Source of the DNA: Lama glama
Lineage: Eukaryota
Length of the DNA stretch: 64,000 nt
Direction of reading: 5' to 3'
NCBI GenBank assembly: GCA_028534125.1
Contig: CM052818.1
Coordinates: forward strand, 47,494,001 to 47,558,000
Below, in pieces: positions 1 to 14,040 of the stretch (positions within the stretch are counted from its first letter, which is position 1; each line of letters opens with the position of its first letter). Position numbers and translations under genes: made by a program. The notes beneath the pieces are model-generated. The model ran no database searches, was not told where the DNA came from, and was given only the letters and a program-made list of their open reading frames with translations.

Positions 1-269
1 TAATGATGTTGACAGTGGAGGGTTCCCTTTGTCCTTGTTTTAAAAAAAAAAAAGTTGATTCAGGTCTTGGCTTCGGTGTATAGAGCGACCGATAAATTGG
101 AGCCCCAGGAAAGAGACTGGAATCTCCTGGAGGGCAGAAATGCAGAGCTTCGGGAGGAAAAGAAGTCACCGGTAGAGGATTTGAACTCAGGAGGACTCTG
201 CTGCTGTCTCAGCAGTTGTTAATTGCTCATCCATGTCCTGGAGCAAGCTTGTGGGTGGCGGGGTCTGGC

Positions 270-470
270 AGAATGGGTTCCAGTCCTGTTGCAGCTATCT
301 GTTACCCGCAGGATCCTGGAAGTGAATGGACACTCACTGATTCTTGGTTTCCTCATCTATAGATTCTACACAAGAGTGGAGACCACATCTCCATCATAGA
401 CTTTGTAAAAACTAAATGGAACAGCTATCAAAGCAGTTGACAGGGCAGTTATGTGTTCGGTATTGGATAA
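270..470 (+). mobile_element. MIR SINE, degenerate
   Basis: gggttccagtcc...ttggtttcctcatctata resembles the MIR B-box and core (gggttcgaatcc...cagtttcctcatctgtaaa). Confidence 0.55.
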
Positions 471-487
471 TTGTTTGATCCTGACTT

Positions 488-840
488 AGGATGTTCTAGA
501 GTATGCTGAAGTTACAAACCACTCCACTTCTCTGTGGTTTAACACAACAAGAGTTTGTTTCTTACTCCTGCTACACATGCTAAAACGGTTGGCAGGGCTT
601 AGGGAGGTGAAGATGACCCTCCCCCATTTGGAACATTCTTTACTCATTGCAGCAGAGCAAAGAAACATGAGAAGATTGTATACAAGCTCTTTACTATCTC
701 AGGGCAGAAATGAGACACAATCACTTTTGCTCATGTTTTATGGGTAAGACATGATTGTTTGACCCTGTCTAACAGCGGGAGGTCAGGACATGTCAGGGAG
801 GAGAGATGAATATTTGGTGAGCATTTCCTTGGTCACAGAT
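488..840 (-). mobile_element. MaLR solo LTR (old MLT1 subfamily)
   Basis: gtatgctgaagttacaaac...gtggtttaacacaacaagagtttgtttcttactc and tcacttttgctcatgttttatgg match antisense MLT1 LTR motifs. Confidence 0.6.
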
Positions 841-2388
841 GATTTTCTCTCATGAAGAAATTTCATACTCTTTTCAAAAACATTTTTTTTCCTTTAAGTT
901 ACCTTAAACAACAAAAAAGTACATTTAATAAATAATATAGGTCATTCTTCATAATTGGCACGTCACCACCTACCAGTTCATCAATAATGATTTTGGCTAA
1001 ATCATATCACCCTAATTTCAGCCAAAAGTAAAGAAACATCAGCTCCCTCCTCGCCTACAATACAACTTAATTTTTTGCTATTTTGGCAGCTCAGTGGATA
1101 CAAAAATCCAGTTTCCATTAGGTTTTCTGAAAACATGAAAATAGCCCTCATGCCTCCTCTGGCAGTTTTTGGTATTCCAAGGGTGGCAGGGACTCCCGGT
1201 TGGGAGGCACGACATGAATCACACGGCGACCCGAGCTGGCTGACGAGGTGGACTCACTTCTCTGACGCGGTCTCCATCTCTCCATCTGTGACATAGGGTG
1301 TTTGCACTGTGTGCTCTAGCCTATGCTATCAAAGCCTCCTGCGGTGCTTTTTTAAAATAAGAATTTCTGTCTGAAATATACAATGCTGATGGAATTTCCT
1401 CTGGTTTCCACCAAATGTGCTTGACTCCACAGGGACCCAGGAGACCTACTGCCTGCTTCCTGCCAGATGACCCACTTCTGATGTCTGCAACGCGTCAAGC
1501 AGAGACTGCTTAGAGGAAATGGTGCTCATGAATTCCTTCAAAGGAAGAACTCAGTACTGCTGACCATCCCCACTGCTGTTCTTTGTCGTTCACAAACTTT
1601 GAAGTCGTATTTTGGCTTCTCCTTTGGACACTCTTCTGTCCTTCCAATAAAAATCCACGTTTTATATGTGTTATGATTATTGTAAGAGGAAATCAGTCAA
1701 TTTGCCTGTGGAATTTGGACCCTGCATTTAGACAACCAACACTTCCTAAGATTTCACTGTCCCAGGCCTCCTGTTAACACAGGGAATAAGGATGTAGATA
1801 AGACCAGTCTTCTTCAGGAGTGCACTGTCTACTCTAAGGAAAAGAAACTGCTGAAAAATAATTATTATACAGCCTGAGAAATATAAAGATGGGGGGAGAA
1901 AGGAGGGATATGTGTTTTATCCAAATAGGAGGCTTTATGATACCCCGGGGCATAGCGGCTGTGGTCCGTGAGCAATTGGAGCGTGGGAACATGTGATGAC
2001 AGTTAATTCACCATCAGCCCATCCACTGCGACCAGGCGTGCCATTGACACCTGGCCACGTTTCAGGCTGCGGGAAGGACTCGCTCAGCGATTAACCACAT
2101 TCCCCTCAAAGTCACTATTAAGCAGATATATGGGATATTTAGAAAAAAAAAAAAGCCACCAGTGCTGGTTTTCCCAAGAGATAATTCAGAGTTCCTTGGG
2201 GCTGGGGGAATACCTTGACTTTCGAATTGTCTTCTTTTCTTTTGCTAAGTTTGTATGTTTCTTCCTTACCTCACCCCTCCTGATTTGGCAGATTTCCTTC
2301 TTCATTCCATGCCTCTGCTTTGCCCTGCCTGCTCCCATAGCCCCTGTTCCACCTGAGATGCATTTCCTCTCAAAGACTCTCCTTAGAT

Positions 2389-3132
2389 TGAGACAGGAAG
2401 GAAGGGGGCAGGGCACAGCCATTCAAGGAATGACACAGCAGTTAACACCAGGACGGCAGGAGATTCAACTCCCAGCGAGCCTTGGGGCCCAAGAGGACAA
2501 GAGAGTTGACTTCCAGGAGATCTTGAGCCTCATTGTACGCAATTTGTAATGCACCGGCGTGGTGAGAGGCACTCCTACAGGCACCATGACAGTTCTGAGT
2601 CTGATCATCAAAGGTTAAGAAGGGGGTGGCGGTCCGATCCCTGGGGGGTCCCTGGCCCTTCCCTGGAGAAGTTGGAATAACCTTCCCTCTTGTTAGCATG
2701 TGAAGCAGTGGGGCCCACAAAAACTAACCCCCCCACACCTCGTGTCTGCTCTCCTTCTGAGTGAGACGGGCCGCTCTGTCCACGGACTGTGGACCTACTT
2801 TTACTTTAAACTGAAACACCCGCCCGCACGCCTCGTGGCCTCTCTCCCCATCACTTTCCCAGACAGCCCGCTCTCTGTCTGTAGAATGCACATGTGCTCT
2901 CACTTTAAACTAAGCAGCTACCCCCACACCTTGTAGACTTTCTCCTGCCTTCTGAGACAGCCCGTACTCTGTCTACAGAGTATGTATCTCTGAGTAAGTC
3001 TGCCTTTACTCAACTGTAGCTCGCTCTTGAATTCTTTCCTTTGTGACGCTGAGGACCCACGCTTGGCAGGGCACATCCCAGGGGCTCCGCTGAGGCCTGG
3101 GCCACCCTCTCGCCCCGCATCTGCCTGTCTCA
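2389..3132 (+). mobile_element. ERV solo LTR (ERV1-like, ~745 bp)
   Basis: Begins TGAGACAGG and ends with its inverse CCTGTCTCA (TG...CA). Decayed poly(A) signal context tctctgagtaagtctgccttt is followed by U5-like ctcgctcttgaattctttcct. No clean target-site duplication seen. Confidence 0.72.
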
Positions 3133-4282
3133 CCTAGCCTTCCAACTAGCACCTAAATATTCTAAGTGAGTTTTACCCTGATGTTTCAAAGAACCGTGAA
3201 TGAAGGTTCGCGGGCATTTCCAAAACACAAATTCAGTTATTAAGGGCAGGGGCTACTGCTCCAGACATAATGTCTGTCCCTGGAATGTCGATCCAGGTGC
3301 CAGAAAATTGCAGGCCAGTAGGAAAATGTGAAATCTGCGATTCCATCTGGCCCATGGCTTTCCGGTGGCCTTGCTTATAGATTGTCAGAGCTGTTCATTA
3401 AGTTTGTTGTGAAACCAGAGGCTTAATATCTGTAATTTAGAGGCTTCAATAGGCAGTTAAATTGAGTGAAACTATTTTTGAATGACTACTCCAGTTTCAG
3501 AGAAATAGCCGACATTGCAGCTCAGAAGAGCCACGACTGAGGCAGCACCAGGAATTTAAAATTATTTATAGGCCCTTTAGAAAAGGGCTTTGCTAGGCTA
3601 ACTTGAGAAACTTCTTTTCTCCTTTTAGTTTTTTTTTTTTAACCAAAGCTAGAATGCTGACAAAAGGAAGCATTTCTAATGCAGGCTGGTTATCAGTCAC
3701 ACCCACGTAAGTTTAAATGTTTCGAATGGAGCAAAGGTTGATTGTGTTTTCTGTTTCTGTCTTTCTCTGTTCAATCTGTGGTCATCTTGACGCACACACT
3801 GCGCTGGAATGTGTTTGCATGAACTGCACAATTATCCATCCATGCACATAATATGTGCTGAAGGGTGGCTGTGACGTGCTGAATGGGTGGTAAAAATGAA
3901 AACCCTAATATGGAGGTCCTTTTATGCCTGTCACTTATAAGCAATTCCTTAGGTATTTTTATCAATACTGGAAATATTTACTCACTACTAAAGAAAAAAA
4001 AAAGGTTCCTAAACTCAAAATGTGGCCCCAACAGCATTATGACGTTTTTCCTGTTGCTTGACACAAAAAGAAGATGCGTATGTCCAGATGATGCCCAGGA
4101 ACAGGTGGGTGTCAAGTCGTGCGGTCCCGAGGAGGTGGCACCAACAGCAGTGGGTCCTCAAGGATGCTGGTGTCACTGGCCACCCGACACCCAGAGTGTT
4201 TCTTGAGAGGCTCAAACATATTTCTACGTCATGCATGGGGACACTGGGAACTCATTTTTTAAGGGCTAGATAAATTCTTACG

Positions 4283-4790
4283 CACTAATGCCAGGAGAAT
4301 TCTGATGCAGCATGGCCAACATTGCTCCTTTCCTCCCCCAAATCCATCTCTCGTTCCCCCTCACAGACCCAAAACTGATTTTCTTCAGAGTATCTAGGCA
4401 CCAGGATAAAAGCATTCAAAAATACATTTTACCTTTCCTACAGCGTGGGGGACACACTTACGGCAGAGAGACGTAAGTGTAAGGCATCTGGGACTTTCTG
4501 GGAAAGTTGTGCTTTCCTGGAATAGACGCCCCACCACTTACTTCTTGTCACTTTCATCATCTTCCTTCCTGGAATGAGGGCCTGGGCTGGAGACAGAGCA
4601 TTCCTCTTTTGATCAAGAGGCAATCAGGAAGATAAAAGCCACACAGCACTGATGACAATGCAGGAAGCATGAAGGAGCCTGGGACATCCATGGCCTTGTA
4701 GACTTTCTGTTGTGACAGAAAGATTAAACCAACACCACTAACTGTGCTGAAATGGGCTTCGGTTAGGTTTCAGACTCCAATGCCTTCTTA
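4283..4790 (+). mobile_element. MaLR solo LTR (old MLT1 subfamily)
   Basis: cttccttcctggaatg...gaaggagcctggg...gactttctgttgtgacagaaagattaaacc are MLT1-type motifs. Confidence 0.55.
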
Positions 4791-5429
4791 GAAATTACAA
4801 GAGCATGCATGTTCTGTGGGGCGTCTCCAGCACAGAATGCGAGCAACAAGCAAATGAATAAGCTGACAGCAAAACACCAAGAGCCCTCAGCAAAATGTTC
4901 ACTACGTCAAAGTGTAAATAATCATTTCTGAAAAGCGAAGAGATATGAATTTGTGTTTAAACTATAATTTAAAAGGAACACTGTTCTTTGGCATTATTTA
5001 TTCTGATGTATTATATTTTGACCAGACAATGCTATTTGGCAATAATAATGGAAATGATGATGAAATGAATTAAAACCCTGTCCGGCAGTGAATGCCTTTT
5101 TGCAATTGTCTAAGAAAATGAACCTTGAGATATCTTCATATTTTCTAAGCCCTCTTACAGTTTTTCTTTTGCATTCTTTTTCACTGATTCCTGCATTTTT
5201 AGAAATAATTTTCAGTAATTATCTAATCACTGAATTTTATTATGTCCCAGCCAATCACCTCCTCAGTGGGTTTTCTTCAATTCCTAGCCATCACTCAAAT
5301 GACTGACCTAAAAGAACACAGGTAGAGTCATTAGAAATCCTTTTCCTGAGCAAGGCACTGTCACAACATTTCTTTGAAGGTTTTACAAGAAAATTTGGGT
5401 ATCAGGACACTTACAAATGAAAAAATAAA

Positions 5430-5820
5430 TGAGTGATGCACCATGGTGCATGCTGAAGGTGTGTGATAATAGCATAGGATTGGCAAGGAATGAAAGATTT
5501 CTGGGGTTGAGCAAGACATTGTCAGTAAAGGGGTATTTAGACAAGGTCTGTAGGTGTAAAGGGAGTGACTGAATAGAAAAGATAGTTTTCCAAGCAGAAG
5601 CAAACAGTGTCAGCAAAGAGAGGGCACACGCTGGGCACAGGTGGGTTTCCACAAATCACCTTATTTGGTTGCAGCACAGAGTTCATAGAAGGGAGAAGTG
5701 GAGGGAGAAGGGGAGCTTTGCTGGACAGAGATTAAAAAGGTCCCTGGATAGTATATTTAAGAGAGTGAACTCTGTCGTACGAATGGTGATGAGTCTAAGC
5801 TTGTAAAGGATTGTATCCGA
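5430..5820 (-). mobile_element. L2 LINE fragment
   Basis: Purine-rich antisense-L2-like pattern (gcaaacagtgtcagcaaagag...gcagcacagagt...ggacagagatta). Confidence 0.45.
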
Positions 5821-5829
5821 TTTAACAAC

Positions 5830-8800
5830 AAACTTGAAGATGGACAACACAAACTAGTCAGCTCTAACAATAAAAAAATAAAGTAGACTGAAAAAAACGG
5901 AACACAGTCTCAAAGATATGTAGGCTTATACCAGAAGATCACATATTCATGGAACTAAGAGAGGATTCAAAGAAAGAGTGGCTGAAAAATCCCCAAATAT
6001 AGAAATAAACATAAACCTATTGTTGGAAAAAGCTGTACAAACCACAAATCAGATGAACTTAAATTCACATCAAAACACATAATAATTAAACTTCTGGAAT
6101 CTGAAAGCAAAGAGAAAATTCTTTGAAACTACCAGGGGAGCGATGACACATGGCCTACACAGCAGAAATGACTCCAGTGAGAGTGGGCTCCACGGCATGA
6201 ACTGAGCATGGAGTCAGCAAGGATGCAGACAACTCAAAAGCGTGGTCAACCAGCAGAATCTAACTGAGGTGTTGTGAACACTCCACCCAACGACAGCAGA
6301 ATAAACATTCTCTTCAAGTGCCCACAGAGTATATAAAAAGATTAACAATATGGGTGTCAACTATAAAATAAATCTCAGTAAATTGAAATGAATCAAAATC
6401 ATGCAGAATATATTTTCTGTCATCAAACTGAACTAGAAATCAATAACAGTAATACAACAGGAGAATCTTCATATGCTCAGAAATTAAATAACACTTTTAT
6501 ATGTAATTCACACGGCAGAGGGGAAGCTCCAAGGGAGATAAAAATAATGCAATGAGTTAAATGAAAATGAAAGTATGGCACATGGAAACTTGTGGGACGC
6601 AGCTAAGCAGGAGTAAGAGGAAGCTTTATAGCACTCAAAGCTTATACAGGAAAAGATAATGTCAGTAACCAATAATCTAAGCTCCTACTTCTAAAAACTA
6701 GAAAAAGAAGGGCAAAATAAACTAAAAGCAAGCAGAAGAAAGAAAAAAAGTAAAATTAGAATCAATTAAAGTGAAAACAGAAACACTGTACAGAAAATAG
6801 ATACACAAAACAGAAACAGAGACATTTACAGAAGAAAAATTGGGTTCTTTAAAAAGGTCAATAAAATTGACTTATCTCCTATTAGGCTGACAAAGAAAAC
6901 AAATCAAGAATAAAACAAGGGATATTAATACAGGCCCTGTGCACATCAAAAAGATAAAAAAGGGATTATTACTATCCACTGTACACACATAAGTTTGATA
7001 AACTGGATAAAATATACTAATTTTGACAACTGGAAACTATCTCAACTTTTTGAATATAAGACTAGTAATTTGAATGGTCCTATAACTATTAAGGAAATTT
7101 GATACATAATTTAAAACCTCCCAAACAAGCAATTTCTAGTCCCAGATGTTTTCACTGGAGAATTCTACTGGAAGTTTAAAAAATGAACACTAGTTCTACA
7201 CGAAATAAAAGAGGACGGAATACTTCCTACTCATTCTACAAAAACCAGTATTATCCCAATATGAAAACTAGGCTCAGACAGTACAAAAAAGAAAACTACA
7301 GAACAATATCCCTCATGAATACAGATGAAAAATTCTTAACATAATATTAAAAATATATTCCACAGTATGTAAAAAGAATTAGCTCTCTTAGAACACATAC
7401 AAATAATTCAATATGTAAATGGATTGGAAGACAACAGTAAAGCTGTAAATTTTCCCAAAATTGACAGATAGGTACAAATAGACTCAGTGCAATTCCTACT
7501 GTCATCTCATCAAGATTACTCATAAATATTGACGTAACTATTCTAAAATTTATATGGAAAATAAACCAGAATAAACAATTCTGAAAAAGATGAAGAAACT
7601 GGGAAGATGCACTCTTCCAATTTCATGACTCATAATACAGTTACACTAATCAAGACTTTGTGGCATTTCTGGAGAGTAAACATAAAGATCATTGGAACAG
7701 AAAGGAGAACATAGAAATAGGGCCACACATGTGGTCCTAGTTTTAAAATTTTAAAAACTAGCCCACTAATTTTTTGACAAAGTTGCAAAAGCAATTCAAT
7801 GAAGGAAGAGCATTCTTTCAGGAAATGGTGCTGGGACAATTAGATTTATATAGGCAAAGAAAATAAACAAAGGAACCCTTGATTGAAGCAAAGTGGATCA
7901 TAGTTTTAGATGTAAACTTGTAAATCTTTTAGCAGACAACCTAGGAGAAAGTCTTCAGAACCTAGGGCTTGGGGAAGTACTCATGGACATGACGTTAAAT
8001 ACATAATTCATAATAGAAAAAAAATGATCTCATCAAAAATAGAAGTATTTGTTCTGTGAAAGACCCTATAAAGAGGCTAAAAAGATAAATCACAGACTGG
8101 GAGAAAACATGTGCAAACCGAGTATTTGACAAAGGCATCGCATCTAGACTATATGAAGAACTCAAAACTCAACAGAAGAAAAAAATACAATTTGAAAATG
8201 GGCAAGAGCCTTGAGGATACCGGTCACTGACAGCAAACACTCACATTAAAAGATGCGCAATGTCTTTTGCACCACACTAGCCATTAGGGAAATAAAAACT
8301 AATGCCACAAAGAGATATCACTACACACTTATTAGAACACATAAAATAAAAAAAAAATAGCAACAATGCCAAATGCTGGTAAGGATATAGAGAAACAAAA
8401 TTGCTCATATTGCTATTGGGAATATAAAATGATGCAGCCACTCTAGAAGACAGTTCACATTTTTATTTTTAAAATAAGACTAAACATGTAATTGCCATTG
8501 GAACCAGTAGTTTCAATCACAGATATTTATTTGGAAGTAAAAACTCACGTCAGCACAAAGAACCTGAACATGATCATTCATAGCAGCTTTACTTGTAATA
8601 GCCAAGCCGAGAAACAATGCGAAGTCCTTCAGTAATAGACGGATGGTTAACAAAGTGTTACATCCACATAGTGGAATACTACTTGGCAAGAAAAAGGAAG
8701 TCATTAAATAATCACTTTAAGTTGAATAGATCTCAAGTCCAGTATGCTCAGTGAGAAAAGTCAATCTCAAAAGATCACTGTGTGACTGCATTTATATTCT

Positions 8801-9152
8801 CACAATGGGAAGATTGTAGAGATGGGAAACATTCGTCATTGCCAGGGTTCAGAGGCTGTGTCTGTGGTGGAAGGGGACTTAGGGGAAAAGGCTATAAATA
8901 GGTATGCGGGGAATTCCGTGGGACTGGAATTGTTCTGAATCTTGACGGGGCTGGTCGTTACACAAATCCACACAAGTGGTTGAAATGGCGTTGGGCTTTG
9001 CACACACGCTGTACCAGGTCAGATCCTACATTGGATATTGTACTAAAATTATGCAAGATGTAACCATTGGGAGAAATTACTGGGTGAAGCATACACAGGA
9101 TCTCTCTGTACTAAGTTTGCAGACTCCTGTGAATCTATAATTAAAAAGAAAA
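5830..9152 (+). mobile_element. L1 LINE (L1MC-type), decayed, with internal deletions
   Basis: ORF1 3' part (cacataataattaaacttctgg...aaagagaaaatt), ORF2 endonuclease region (cactccacccaacgacagcagaataaacattctcttcaagtg), ORF2 3' part (acagactgggagaaaa) and L1MC-type 3' UTR ending ctcctgtgaatctataattaaaaagaaaa. Many stops. Confidence 0.9.
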
Positions 9153-10199
9153 TGCTTGTGAAAGCGGGGAGGCAGCTGGCTTATGAACAATAGAATCGAT
9201 ACATTGATACCTTCTAATGCAGGACATAGGTTTCCCCTGTATCCTTACAGACAGTCTGACACAGACGCACAGATCTGTGAGCTCATGGTGTCTTGACCTG
9301 AGTGGAGCGTGGACCTTCACGCTTGGGGGCTTTGGAACCGTGGCCAGATGCACAGCTCAGCTGCTGAGTCTTTCTGATCACCCAAAAGGTACCTGTGGGA
9401 GTGGAGCTGCTGTCAACAGAGAACTCCACACTGCCTGGTCTGATGCCACCTGGGCTGCCGTGGCATCCATTACCTTTATGTTTCAGCTGGGGTTTGACTC
9501 AGATTTTCTGTTTCTCTTCAATTTAATTCAATACATAGTCGAGCATTGACTCCTCTGGTCCAAGCACTGTATAAGGCACCTAATCTTGCAGCTACTTCCA
9601 GAAGGAATACACTGATTAGTGAGGAATACTGGCTTTGGTTTCATCATTGCAGATCTGATGACCTATCTTGTTGGCATTCAGCCAAGCATCAAACTATTCA
9701 TCGCCAAACCAAACAAGCAACAAATGAATTAGCCGAATCCGCTTAAGGATCTGAAGTAAGCTACAACGCATAAAATGTTTGTTTCATCAGTAACTTTTAG
9801 CACAAGCAACTTTCAGCATGATACAGAAAATTAAAAGAAAGAAGCACAACAAATTCACATAGCTTTTGACCTAATAATAGTTCAGAAAATCCTAAAGAAA
9901 CTCTTCAAAATAGAAGATCAAACTGTAAGCAAGATGTTTATCATCAGTATTAGAATCTAGGACACAAACTAAACAACCACCAAGAGAATTATTGCATGAA
10001 TTGTCTGGCACTCTCAATATGGAGACTGTGTAACAATATACTAAAAAAAAGGGGCAAAGACTGGAAGAAATATACTGAGTTTTGCGTTCCAGTGATGAAA
10101 TCATGATCCTTCCAACATTCCCTCTCCTTTTCTGTTTCTTTTATTATCTATTGTTATTCATTGTGCATACAACGAATGCACAATATAGTGATGCAATTT

Positions 10200-10620
10200 T
10201 TAAAAACAACAGATAAAATTAAATCTCTTGATTGCCATCCGTAAATCTATTCCTACCTCTTGCCAAATACACAAACACACAAAAACACACGTCCTAGAAG
10301 TAACTTGTGTCATCAGTTCCGTGTGCTTGTTCTTGAAGTCTCTTCTGTGTGCATCTATAACACACATTATTATGTGTTTACACAAATGACATTATGTTGT
10401 ATAGATTTTTTTTGTTATTTGACGTCTGTACTCAACACTAACTTAGAGATCACTCTATGTCAAAATATGTCTTTATGTTGCTGCCTGCCTCATTATGTTA
10501 CTTGTAAGACCATTTCCCATACTAGATTTTTTTATCCACGTTTCCACTGCTGACGTTCAGCTGCTTCAGCCGTTTTGCTGTGACAAAATTCTGCAATGAA
10601 CTGTCAAGTCTTAAGTCTCT
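10200..10620 (-). mobile_element. Old L1 (L1ME-like) 3' fragment
   Basis: T-rich antisense L1 pattern (tttccactgctgacg...ttttgctgtgacaaaattctgcaatgaac). Confidence 0.45.
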
Positions 10621-11799
10621 GTGATTCACAGATGTCCTGTAATGTGGTCACATTAATTTTATAATGAAAAACACACTTTGAAACAAAATTATTTGATTAT
10701 ATTTAAACAAGGAACTCAATTGTGATTTCCACAAAGCTTTAGAGGGGAAAATGTACTTTCGATGGGAAATTCTAATTATCGTATATTAAATGTGAACCCA
10801 AGTAACACTCAAGTGTTTTCAATATCCTTTAGATATATTTTAATTTAAATTTTGGATACTATGTTTATGCAAAGACAATGCATTTTCCTCGGGAACTTCC
10901 AGTAGTACAATTAACCCAGAGATACAGCTTTGCCAAGAAATTAAAAGAAAGAAAAAACTTTTATGACTTTCCTCTTTAAAATCTAGTAATGGTGATTTTT
11001 CTTATTTGCTTGTCTGCTGTTTTAGATCTCAGTTACTCTGTTTTATTTGCCGAGACAGAAAAGTCTATCTAATTGCTGGGCATCCAAAGGGCTATATTTC
11101 AACCTTCTAAGCTCCAGACAGATGAAGTTTTTTGAGAGCTTTGGTGATTTTATAATTAATTGCACCTTTTCTTCTACTGACCAAACTGGAAGAGATACTC
11201 CCCAGTAAAGACTGATAACCATTTAGGGGAATTTTAATTTTTTCCTTTATTGTCTAACTGACACAGAAGTGAATCTAGTGATAAACATAAAAGAAAAATT
11301 GGAAAATAAGTATCTTCTATCATAAATTACCTGAAAATTAACGCACACTCAGTGCCTTCTCCCAAGTCAGGGTGTCTACAAGACAGTCTATTACGTGAGT
11401 AAACAGATACTTGTTGAAATAAGATTGCTCAAAACTACCTAACTAATGAAAACGTGAAGACTTAAACCTAAACTTAAAGACAGTGATACTGTTTAGCTTA
11501 TAATATAAGCTAAATAAAAAGGTGAAACGAAAGACAAGTTAGGAATTGCAGGAAATCTGCAGTAGATTTTTTTCTGTCCCGAGTTCTGCTGTCTTTGTTT
11601 GTGCTTTCATCAAGTCTTGCCTGGACAGTGATGATGGCCTTTGAAGGGACCTCATTCTCCCTGCTCTTGGCCATTCAAAACCAACACATGGACCAAATTT
11701 GTTCACGTGACTGCCTAAAACGCAGTCCTCAAATCTGCTCAAATCACGACAGACGTGTGCCAAAGCTTTCCGCAGAGACCACGGGGCCCTGAACAAGAC

Positions 11800-12150
11800 C
11801 ATCGGCTCTTTCAGAATCTGTCACCCCAGTGCCTGGCGACCCTTCCCGCTGCCTGTGCCCGCGCAGGCTGTGCCCCACCACCGACCTGGATCTGCCTGTA
11901 GCTTCCCACATTCCACGCCTCCTCTCCTTTTCATTTCACTCCAACACTCTGTGGCTCAGATGCCCTTCTCCTGCCTGCTTCGGTCTGGTGAGAACCTCTT
12001 CATCATTTCGGACTCAGTCGCTGCCTCCAGGAAGCCTTCCCGGACTTTGCCCTCCAGGCTGAGGTAAGTGCTCCCCACAGCGATTGTTGGCACGTAGAGT
12101 GAGCACCATGTCGCCGACATGGCCTCACACTACCTGTCTCCTTACACTCA
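11800..12150 (+). mobile_element. L2 LINE 3' fragment
   Basis: cttcatcatttcggactcag...cctccaggaagccttcccggac matches L2 tcctccaggaagccttccctgac. Confidence 0.55.
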
Positions 12151-13009
12151 TGCAGTGGGTGAACAAGCTGGCAACACACAGAGGGCAGAGATTTTTTTCA
12201 CTATAATTGGTTTTTCCCGAAGGTTATGAATCTTTTCAGACCCGACTCAGGTTGTCCATGCTCCCTGGTACCTTCCAGGCTGTTTTAATCCACAGACACG
12301 GAATTCCTCTTTTCCGAATTCACTTTCCTCCTCGAATCTGTGCCAGTTTAGCATCTACCCACTGGAGGCAGTTCATGCTTCGGGAATTCTGCACGCTGGT
12401 TCTTAAACTATTGGTAGCTTGAAATGAGCCATCATAGAAGGGAAGTATTTCCATCATGGAAATTGTCAAAACTTACAAATGAGGGGTTTAGGATTTTGGA
12501 GGGACAGCTGTTACATTCGCCAGCTCACCGCTCTGTGTGTGTGTGTGTCTGTATACACACATACATGTATAATTTTACTTTTACTTTACATGTATTTTTC
12601 CCCCTAATAATATTGTAAGTTCTCAATGACAGGGGGCCTATGTTTTCTGTTTATATAAGTAAAAATTGTGTGCTTATTTACTCACAGAACATGCCTTACC
12701 TACTTCTCTAATGTGTTGTCTGGATAAAATACTGGCTTCAAAAATATAAATGCAAAATAAAAACAAAAATAAGGTGAGAGCAAGAAAATCCATGCCACAG
12801 ACATTGAGATTCACAGAACTACTCTGATTAAATATTAGGGATTAAATATTTGCTCTGTACCTCAAAGCAGCCAAAAGGGAAAAAAAAAAGGCACTTTGTA
12901 TCTCATTTTATTATCTGCCACTAAAAGGCTAATGCAGTTTGACACTGAGCAAAAACATTTTTTAAAGTTATTTTTAATTCATGCTGGCCCTGCACAGAGT
13001 TTCATACTT

Positions 13010-13135
13010 AATGTTCATTGGGTCCTCACAACCACAGAGATCACTCTTATTGCCATCTTGTGATTGATCAGGAAGACACTGAAGCATAGAGAGGCCACGT
13101 GCCTGCTCTCCAGTTCACACAGGGTTGGTCTGTGT
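13010..13135 (-). mobile_element. MIR SINE
   Basis: tcctcacaacc...ggaagacactgaagcatagagagg...ttcacacag is an antisense MIR core. Confidence 0.55.
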
Positions 13136-13769
13136 GTAAGTGACCATGAGCAGTTGCCGTGCTCCGTTGTCCCAGCCATTATGTTATACCGCCTACCTTG
13201 ACTACTATGGCGGTGCCTTCATGAACATCTCATAAGCCAGACCAAAATGTCTTTTGTTTACTGATCATTTACAAAACCACCCTTAAAAATCTAGAGATCG
13301 TGAGTTTCAGAGGTAAGTCAGGGAGGACAGCCCTCACTGGTAAGAGCCACGTGCACAGCAGTCCAGGGGTCTAACCTGAGGGGAGGACGGATTTCGTGGC
13401 GCTGAAGGCATCATTCATAGTTCTCGCCTCACACTGACTTCTTCAAACGCTAATGATTCAGCTAGATTTTCAGGGCCAAGATGAGAGTTCAAGGTTAAAG
13501 TTTTGACAGCATAGATTGAGTTAAAAAGCAGACTTCTTAAGTACAAGCCAAATGTACTCATGGTAAGAAGGTTCCAGTGCGATGTATAATTTGAACCCAA
13601 TGAGAATTCATTTGGGTTTGATTGTTTCTGAGTCTCTGCCTGCTCTCCTGGATACCGTCAGCAGTGGAATGGCCCAAGCTTACAAGCACAGAGTTTTGTG
13701 CAGGGTCCTCAGAGCTCTTGCTCAAACGATTAGCAGTTACCTACCTGTAGTTAAGTTGAACACAAACAG

Positions 13770-14040
13770 TTCCCCCCATTCATCCCATCCCATACAAGAT
13801 GCTGAGCAAGCAAGACTCAGTCCCTGTCCCTCAGGACTCACATCACATCAGAGAGAGAGAGAATCACAAATACATAAGCTGCTGTGTGGAGAGGGCTCTG
13901 GCAGGTGTGTGGTCAGGATGCTACGGCAGCACAAGCGGAGGAGGTGTTGATGTGGGTGGCAGTGGGGGAAGGGCAGGTGGCGCATGGAGATAATAGAAGA
14001 CTTTGGTGAGAGCTCACTGATGATGGAGCCGAAAACTGAC
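13770..14040 (-). mobile_element. L2 LINE 3' fragment
   Basis: gagcaagcaagactcagtccctgtccctcaggactcacat resembles antisense L2 (gacaaagtccctgccctcatggagctcaca). Confidence 0.5.

Noticed and set aside
1978..1993. 16-bp exact match ggagcgtgggaacatg, also at 47595-47610
   Set aside because: About one such match is expected by chance in a 64-kb self-comparison, and the flanks do not extend it
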